From NCBI GenBank assembly GCA_048882325.1, contig JBHLRS010000012.1, positions 31,704 to 95,703 of the forward strand: 64,000 bases of DNA, written 5' to 3'. The DNA comes from Candidatus Thorarchaeota archaeon. Its GTDB lineage: Archaea; Asgardarchaeota; Thorarchaeia; Thorarchaeales; Thorarchaeaceae. Below, piece by piece: positions 57,787-64,000 of this stretch. Both the position numbers and the translations under genes were made by a program. Within the stretch, counting starts at the first letter, position 1. Each line of letters starts with the position of its first letter. The notes beneath the pieces were generated by a model, which saw only the letters and a program-made list of their open reading frames with translations, did no database searches and was not told where the DNA came from.

Positions 57787-57798
57787 TAGTCCGAATCA

Positions 57799-58467
57799 CT
57801 AGATTAAACGGGCTACACTGTTCATCTCATAGAATGGACCTGCATGTTCTGGAAGTGTGATTGAGAAGGCCTCAGCCCTCTTGCACTTCGCCTGTACCCC
57901 CCGCAGTCGTGTTCTAGCATCATAAAGCTGGAGGTAGAATGAGTCAGCCTTCTTGACCTGTGACTTGTGCTTCTTCAGAGCCGCTAGTGCAGCTGCATAT
58001 GATCCTGTGATGTCAACATGGACATTAGGTCGTGCAATCATGGTGTTGATTTCCATATTGTAAATTCGTTCTACTCTGTGAGCGTTGTCGAATATCGTTT
58101 TATGAGATGCCCACTCCGCAGCCTGATTTACAATCAATGCACATTGTTGGTGATTCCTATTGTAGTCAGCTGAGTGATGAGTTATGATGATAGCCGGGCG
58201 AGACTTCAGAATTGCTCCGACAACCTCGTTCGTGAGCTCTTCCCCAACAGCAAAGTCATCGCGTTCACTAAGATACAGATTCCTCGCACCGAGTATCCCG
58301 CAGGCGGCTTTAAGCTCTTCATTTCGTTCTTCATTTCCGGTCATGCAATGGATATCAACATTGATACCTTGGTCCACATGTGTCCTGATGGTTCCGCCTG
58401 CACCTATTGTTTCATCATCTGGGTGTGCTACCACAACGAGGATTGTTCCCACAACTGAACCGCTCAT
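57799..58467 (-). CDS. bshB: PIG-L/LmbE family deacetylase, probable BshB
   Basis: AHPDDE.IG.GGT, R..E...A...LG, VDIT, H.SQ, AEAF; divergent from bshA-bshC. Confidence 0.78.
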   Translation of the reverse strand: MSGSVVGTILVVVAHPDDETIGAGGTIRTHVDQGINVDIHCMTGNEERNEELKAACGILGARNLYLSERDDFAVGEELTNEVVGAILKSRPAIIITHHSADYNRNHQQCALIVNQAAEWASHKTIFDNAHRVERIYNMEINTMIARPNVHVDITGSYAAALAALKKHKSQVKKADSFYLQLYDARTRLRGVQAKCKRAEAFSITLPEHAGPFYEMNSVARLI

Positions 58468-58574
58468 GGGGTCAAGTTCCTAAAACTATCTAATCAAGGT
58501 TTGGCAACCTGTTTGTTGTACAAACCATTTCCCTTAAAGGGACAGCCAGCTCTGGTTGAAAGAAGGTGTACTGT

Positions 58575-59738
58575 TTGAGGATTGGAGTCAACCTGTATCC
58601 ATCAGTTGGTGGCAGCGGCTATCTTGCAACACGATTGGGGCAAGAGCTGGCTCAACACGGTCACATCATCCACTTCATCACATACCAGAGACCATTCTCG
58701 TTGATGTGGGAGCAAACCAGAGGTGTTCACGTGGATCTTGTGGACAGGTTCGACTACCCTCTGTTCAAGTCAATAGGTCCACCTTACACTATGGCTCTGG
58801 CATCCAAGATCATTAAGATTGCGAAGGACTCTAGGCTGGATCTAATACATTCTCATTATGCAATCCCACATGCGATGGCTGCATATATGGCGAGAGAAAT
58901 TTCAGGCATACCATATGTTGTGACTCTTCATGGTTCTGATGTCCATACTCTTGGTCAGGACCCAGCGTATCTACCAATTGTGAAACATACAGTTGAAAAG
59001 GCAGATGCAGTCACCGCAGTTTCAGAGTTTCTCAAAAAGAAAGCCCATGAGGAGCTTGGAATTGAGAGAGAGATACATGTCATTCCAAACTTCATTGATA
59101 CCTCCAAATTCTCTCATCTTAATGGTGTGAGGCTTTATGTTGAGAGCGGCTGTGTTGGCCTCCGAAGGAAGGAAGAAGCCATCGAGATAAATCCTGAGGA
59201 GAAGATTCTCCTTCATGCGTCCAACTTTCGAAAGGTGAAGCGTGTTGTAGAGCTTGTCGAGATAATGCGGATTGTTGTTGACCATTTTCCAAAGGCAAGA
59301 CTGATCATTGCAGGAGATGGACCAACGCGCATTGAGGTTGAACGGAAGATTGAATCTTTGGACTTATGCGACAATGTACATCTACTTGGTGTGAAGAGCA
59401 ATATGCAAGAAATCATGTGCTCTGCAGATATGTTCCTCCTGAATTCGACCCTTGAGGGAATGCCTCTTGTTCTTCTTGAGGCAATGTCTTGTAGTCTTCC
59501 GGTAATAACAACCCCAGCAGGGGGCATCCCTGAGCTTGTTCGTCCAGGAAAGGATGGAATGGTTACGAAAGGTTTCGAGCAAGAGGAGTTTGCACAGCTC
59601 ATCATTGAAATGCTAGAGAATGATGAGAAAAGAAAGAAGATTGGACAGGCTGGTAGAAAACGTGTCGAAGGCTCCTTCTCCTCAAAGCAAATTGTAAAGA
59701 TGTACGAGAAAGTATTCGAGGATGTATTATCTGAGTAG
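58575..59738 (+). CDS. bshA: N-acetyl-alpha-D-glucosaminyl L-malate synthase (GT4)
   Basis: YPSVGGSG..AT.LG..LA..GH, PPY..ALASK, HSHYAIPHA, TLHGSD, H.SNFRKVKRV, LEAM are BshA signature motifs; probable TTG start after gaaggtg. Confidence 0.92.
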   Translation: MRIGVNLYPSVGGSGYLATRLGQELAQHGHIIHFITYQRPFSLMWEQTRGVHVDLVDRFDYPLFKSIGPPYTMALASKIIKIAKDSRLDLIHSHYAIPHAMAAYMAREISGIPYVVTLHGSDVHTLGQDPAYLPIVKHTVEKADAVTAVSEFLKKKAHEELGIEREIHVIPNFIDTSKFSHLNGVRLYVESGCVGLRRKEEAIEINPEEKILLHASNFRKVKRVVELVEIMRIVVDHFPKARLIIAGDGPTRIEVERKIESLDLCDNVHLLGVKSNMQEIMCSADMFLLNSTLEGMPLVLLEAMSCSLPVITTPAGGIPELVRPGKDGMVTKGFEQEEFAQLIIEMLENDEKRKKIGQAGRKRVEGSFSSKQIVKMYEKVFEDVLSE

Positions 59739-59754
59739 GAGGTCAAGAACATAG

Positions 59755-61470
59755 TTGAATCCCAGTGTCTATAAAATCTATGAAGATTTCATCTGGAACG
59801 GTCAGAAGGCTGACTTTGCAGAGAAACTCTACGACTTGCCACCACTGACACTTGACGGACTTGCTGATAGAGCTCCTGGACTGTTGGATTCCTACAGGCA
59901 GATGCTCTGGCACATCCCAGAAAAAATGGACCTTCTAAAGAGTGCCCTCATTGAAAACAACAGAAACCTTGGTTCTCTCACACCCAAGGTGAGAGATAAT
60001 ATTGAAAACCTAGAGTATGGAGCGGTGGAGTCAGCTCATCAAACAGTCGTAATGGGCGGTCCTGCATTTATTCTGAACAAGGCAGCAACAGCTGTGAAGG
60101 TTGCCTCACTAGCTAATGAGAAAGGTACACAACTCGCACCTTTCTTCTGTGTCGCAGACTATGATATTGTTCAGACCGAATTGACACACATACGTACTCC
60201 AATTGTTGGTCAAGATGGTAACCTAATCAGTTTCCCAGTTCCAGAGGGATTTGATAACTCACCTGTACGCGTCATTCCATTGCCAGAGAATGATTGGTTG
60301 GCTCAAGTTGAAGAGGCCATCCAGAGCAGCTATCGACCGATGTTCAAGAGTCTGGAGCGAAATGCACGCTCATTGTTCGAGGAAAGACTAGACCGGTCTC
60401 TCACAATAGTACGAAATGCATTCTTCAACTCAAAGACATTAGGCGAATGGTCTCAACGTATCATGGGACATCTGTTTAATGTGGTTGGTGATCTAGGTAT
60501 ACCTCTTCTGACTGCCTCTGAGAAACCTATTCGGGATCTTCTAGTAGAAGGAATGGAGTTTCTACTTACTCGGGAGAACAGAGACCGATTCCTGAAAACC
60601 CATGATGAGATGACCAGTCTTATCGAGGTTCAAGGATATAGTCCTGGCATTGGTCGAAGAGGTCCTGATTATGTTCCTTTCTTCTACGAATGTCCGAAAC
60701 CAGAATGCAACAGCAGTCGAACTGAGCTCCATTATGAGGACTTGGGTTCCACCGCGGCTCTGACTGGCAAGTGTCCTTCATGCTCTGAACATATTGAGAT
60801 TGAAACTCCAGCTGACAGCCCCTATCTTGGAGATATTGCACATCAGATGTCACCGCGAGTTGACTCAAGACAGGTTCTCATAGATACGCTTGTCCCCACA
60901 GTAGCACACATCGGTGGTCCAGGTGAAACTGCATACTATGCGCAGGTCATACCATCAGTTAAAGCGATGAATATCCCATTTCCGTTGTTCATCAAATATC
61001 CGCGAGTCTATTTCAATACACCCTGGAATGAGCAACTTGCTAAGAGTCTAGAGGGTGAAGGATTTGAGGTTCTTCATAGAAAGGACATGTTCAGTCTGAT
61101 GGGGAAGATTGCAAAATCCAGAAAAAAGGACCAATTTGATAAGATGCATGACCATCTCGTTGAACTGAAAAACCTGATTCTAAATACACACACTTCAATG
61201 AATGAGATTTTGGAGGAAACAACCCAAAAAAGTAAGGAGTCTTCTGGAAAGGAAACAGAGAAACTTCAGCTCCTGAAATTGGATTTGGAGAGATATCTCT
61301 CATGGGTTTTTGGTCAGTATGCTGAGAGCAAACTAGGGCAGGAGTCGTCCTGGGCATGGATAGAGTGGGCAATAAATTCAGGATTCTCAGACCTGTTCGG
61401 AGCCTATGATAGAGCATATGTGGGTCCCATGAAGAACGGTGCCACTGTTTTTGTGAACTTTTCGGTCTGA
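59755..61470 (+). CDS. bshC: BshC-like cysteine-adding enzyme (divergent)
   Basis: HQ....GGP....K, P.F..A, SP.V..R......P..A.IGGPGE.AY.AQ, PR, long coiled coil; lies directly after bshA. Confidence 0.85.
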   Translation: MNPSVYKIYEDFIWNGQKADFAEKLYDLPPLTLDGLADRAPGLLDSYRQMLWHIPEKMDLLKSALIENNRNLGSLTPKVRDNIENLEYGAVESAHQTVVMGGPAFILNKAATAVKVASLANEKGTQLAPFFCVADYDIVQTELTHIRTPIVGQDGNLISFPVPEGFDNSPVRVIPLPENDWLAQVEEAIQSSYRPMFKSLERNARSLFEERLDRSLTIVRNAFFNSKTLGEWSQRIMGHLFNVVGDLGIPLLTASEKPIRDLLVEGMEFLLTRENRDRFLKTHDEMTSLIEVQGYSPGIGRRGPDYVPFFYECPKPECNSSRTELHYEDLGSTAALTGKCPSCSEHIEIETPADSPYLGDIAHQMSPRVDSRQVLIDTLVPTVAHIGGPGETAYYAQVIPSVKAMNIPFPLFIKYPRVYFNTPWNEQLAKSLEGEGFEVLHRKDMFSLMGKIAKSRKKDQFDKMHDHLVELKNLILNTHTSMNEILEETTQKSKESSGKETEKLQLLKLDLERYLSWVFGQYAESKLGQESSWAWIEWAINSGFSDLFGAYDRAYVGPMKNGATVFVNFSV

Positions 61471-61472
61471 TG

Positions 61473-62750
61473 CTATCCAAGTTCTTTAGTCAAGAGTTTG
61501 CCAAAATGAGCGATACCTTCTGCGATGATATCAGGTGATGCATAAGAGTATCCTAGTCGCATCGTGTTGTGCTCCGGTCGACTTTCTCGAAGATCTTTTC
61601 CATCCTTGGTGAGTCTATGTCCAGAAATAGGGTAGAATGCAGCTCCAGGAACGTAGAGCACGTCATTTGGAATTGCCACTCGCTCCATGAATTCGCCTGC
61701 ATCAAAGTTTTTGTCCTCGCTCTGCCACCAGATGAAGAATCCTCCAGTGGGATCGGTCCGCTCACCTGCAGGGAAGGATTCATCAATTGCCTTTGCCATC
61801 GCTTCGTAGCGCTTCTGATATTGAGGAATACCGGCCTTCATTGCAGCATCAATGTGTTTACTGTAATACTCGTCCAAAATTCGCTGAACTAGCGTGTTTG
61901 TACAGAGGTCAAGGTATCCTTTGTCTTTGAGTACCTGCTCCTTGACAAGTGGCGGGAGTACAGAATACCCTACTCTGAGAACAGCGGCTTCTTTGCTGCT
62001 GGTTCCGAGGTATGCAACACGATTGTTCTCCTTGTCCAGGGTCTTGATCGGTTTCGGGTTCTTCTTGAATTGAATCTCAGCATAAGCAGAGTCTTCGACA
62101 AGCAAGATGTCATTAGCCTCAGAAATGTCAAAAAGTGCCTGACGCCTCTTGAAGGGGAGTGTAGTGCCTTTTGGATTGTCTGAGTCTGGAACCACATAGA
62201 TCATATCAGGGGTCTTTCCGAACTTCTGTTCGGAGACCTTGACTGCTTTCTCTACCTCATCGGGGATTATCCCATCGAGGTCAGTAGGAATCGTAATGAC
62301 TCGCGCGCCAAGCTTCACAGCTGGAACAAGGAATCCAAGGTAGGCTGGAGAGGGTGTGATAATTACATCACCGGGATCAATCAATGTGTCGAGGAGAGCA
62401 TAGATTGCTTGCTGAGACCCATTCGTGACTGAAACATTGTCTGCCTCGGTTTCAGGGTCTATCGGTATTCCTCTCACATCGTGAAGACGTTTGGCCAGTG
62501 TCTTCAGAAACCATGGTTGCCCTCCTGTGGGGCCATAGTTGAGATCCTCCAGGGCCAACTTGGGGTCCTTCTTGTACCACTCACTGAGTTCAGCCATGAT
62601 ATCAGCAAAGATATCGGTGGGCATAATCCCGGGCTTTCCTCCTGCGAAATAGTACTTCACCTTGTACTTCAAGAGAGCCCTTATCTGAGATTCCTCGATA
62701 AAATTAGTCCAGGTAGCAAAGCTATAGCCATTACCCATTGTGTTTGCCAT
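61473..62750 (-). CDS. PLP-dependent class I/II aminotransferase (LysN/ARO8-like)
   Basis: FAGG.P, YGPT.G, NGSQQA, NP.G.T, ED.AY, GT.SK.....RVG, GGFF.W, PG..F. Confidence 0.92.
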   Translation of the reverse strand: MANTMGNGYSFATWTNFIEESQIRALLKYKVKYYFAGGKPGIMPTDIFADIMAELSEWYKKDPKLALEDLNYGPTGGQPWFLKTLAKRLHDVRGIPIDPETEADNVSVTNGSQQAIYALLDTLIDPGDVIITPSPAYLGFLVPAVKLGARVITIPTDLDGIIPDEVEKAVKVSEQKFGKTPDMIYVVPDSDNPKGTTLPFKRRQALFDISEANDILLVEDSAYAEIQFKKNPKPIKTLDKENNRVAYLGTSSKEAAVLRVGYSVLPPLVKEQVLKDKGYLDLCTNTLVQRILDEYYSKHIDAAMKAGIPQYQKRYEAMAKAIDESFPAGERTDPTGGFFIWWQSEDKNFDAGEFMERVAIPNDVLYVPGAAFYPISGHRLTKDGKDLRESRPEHNTMRLGYSYASPDIIAEGIAHFGKLLTKELG

Positions 62751-62921
62751 AATGTACCCGCTCCGAAGGACCCCGACTGATCCTCAGATTATGAAGCTTG
62801 CACACCTCTGTACATGACCTCCTGAAATTCTCCTTTATCCTTTTCCACATGTACATTGAATCTGTTGTTCCCTTTGGAACTGTGATGTACACAAGTGGAC
62901 GTCATAATTGTGCGTTTGCAC

Positions 62922-63713
62922 TCAACGCATTTCAGCAGCAAATGATGCAGCAGCCGCGGCAGGGTCGGACGCTTCAACAATTGAACGAGCCACAATGACA
63001 AAATCGGCACCTGCATCGATTGCTGTACGTGCATTTCCTCCCTGGGCACCAACTCCAGGACTCATGATAGGTATCTCTGTACCAAGGACCTCTCTAATCT
63101 CTGTGATTTTCTCTGGATGCGTGGCTCCAACAATCACCCCATCTGTGTCCCACTTTCTCGCAATCCGAGCAAAATAATGGTAGAAGGGCTCAGTCTTCTG
63201 TTTCCCATCTGGTGATACATAAAGACCATATCCCTCTCTTGCACCAGGATGAGACATGTAGCAGAGTGTAATTATCCCACGCTTTTTGAGAAGAGCCATT
63301 TCAAACACACTACTCAGACCGCCTTCCATTCCAACGAGGGGATTCACAATGATGGCGTCAAACCCTGCGTCGAAATAATACTTGGCAATGTGCTTGTTTG
63401 TGTTACCAATATCATTCAGTTTGATATCAGCGATAGCCGTGATTCCAGCATCATGAATGGCATCTATGATACGTGGAATACCCTCGAAGAGACCCACGGG
63501 TAGGACCAACTGACGGTTAATCTTGAATGCGACAGCGTGTTCAGCTGTTTGAGATATCAGCTGAAGTGCTTCCTTTTCCAAACGACTTTTTTCAGCTTGA
63601 ACCGCAGATCCATCCTTGCCTGCCATGTCAACAGTCAGGTCAAGTCCAATGATCAGTTTACTCTTTCTCACAAAACTAGATGCTGTAAGTTTCCTCTTGT
63701 ACACGCGAGCCAC
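62922..63713 (-). CDS. pyrF: Orotidine-5'-phosphate decarboxylase
   Basis: GLD, FK, DIKLNDIGNT (DxKxxD), MSHPG, VGAT.P, PGVGAQGG, V.RSI. Confidence 0.93.
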   Translation of the reverse strand: MARVYKRKLTASSFVRKSKLIIGLDLTVDMAGKDGSAVQAEKSRLEKEALQLISQTAEHAVAFKINRQLVLPVGLFEGIPRIIDAIHDAGITAIADIKLNDIGNTNKHIAKYYFDAGFDAIIVNPLVGMEGGLSSVFEMALLKKRGIITLCYMSHPGAREGYGLYVSPDGKQKTEPFYHYFARIARKWDTDGVIVGATHPEKITEIREVLGTEIPIMSPGVGAQGGNARTAIDAGADFVIVARSIVEASDPAAAAASFAAEMR

Positions 63714-63834
63714 ACCTCACTCACAGGAGTTCCCACATTCTCCAATGGAGTAGGTACACACGTATTACTTTTCCAAATAAATCTCGTGTACACTTATATC
63801 GGAATCAGGAACACCAAAGCATGGAGAGGTCACC

Positions 63835-64000
63835 GTGAGTCCTGATGTATTAGCCACACGTTTCGCTGTTGTCATTCTGGCTGTAGTTGGACCAATATAC
63901 TTCTTCCTACTGATGTTCTTCATTCCGCAGATGGTGCCTTTTGGTGACGCCTTCTTGGACCTGTTGTTTCACCATATTGCAGTCCCGATTGTTTTCTCCG
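63835..64000 (+). CDS. Membrane protein, 3'-truncated by the window edge
   Basis: ggagaggt then GTG 63835, open to the end: MSPDVLATRFAVVILAVVGPIYFFLLMFFIPQ... Confidence 0.5.
   Translation, partial: MSPDVLATRFAVVILAVVGPIYFFLLMFFIPQMVPFGDAFLDLLFHHIAVPIVFS

Noticed and set aside
58497-58525. Another GTTTG/CAAAC operator at the bshB/bshA promoter
   Set aside because: Spacer is 5 bp, not 8. It is better explained as back-to-back BRE elements of divergent promoters.
62789-63052. Small minus-strand ORF between pyrF and the aminotransferase
   Set aside because: It overlaps pyrF out of frame and has no recognisable features.
1-64000. tRNA/rRNA, IS elements, integrases, selenocysteine read-through
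   Set aside because: Intergenic gaps are short and showed no cloverleaf or terminal inverted repeats, no transposase was found, and recognised genes ending in TGA appear complete. The scan was by eye, so tRNAscan-SE and Infernal should confirm.

Overview
Gene-dense chromosomal window of roughly 45% GC, almost certainly from an Asgard archaeon and probably Thorarchaeota-like. This is inferred from a very Rab-like GTPase, a tandem-duplicated Lrp regulator, an LRR protein, archaeal BRE/TATA promoters, AOR and an Archaeoglobus-type RuBisCO-like protein. There are about 57 CDS. I found no tRNA, rRNA, CRISPR array or mobile element. Content is mostly peptide, lipid/aldehyde and THF-C1 metabolism (pepF, pepD, SCP2-NMO-ADH-AOR, ftcd/folD/fhs, lplA). 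Top observations: (1) a 132-aa orphan (57388-57786) with a coiled coil, an Ala/Pro linker and a C-terminal GGGMSMMGELKQLLAARRRK helix that resembles the Ena/VASP F-actin-binding and WASH central motifs, a candidate Asgard actin regulator; (2) a complete but divergent bacillithiol-type bshB/bshA/bshC locus next to glmM, with a Cys4 insertion in BshC and altered motifs in BshB and BshC; (3) tandem 18-bp palindromic GTTTG-N8-CAAAC boxes at two promoters 10 kb apart, linking a radical SAM/flavodoxin divergon to a membrane-protein/ArsR/DUF4097 operon as a putative regulon. All family calls are by eye from motifs. No database searches were run, and the reference sequences used for comparison are recalled from memory.
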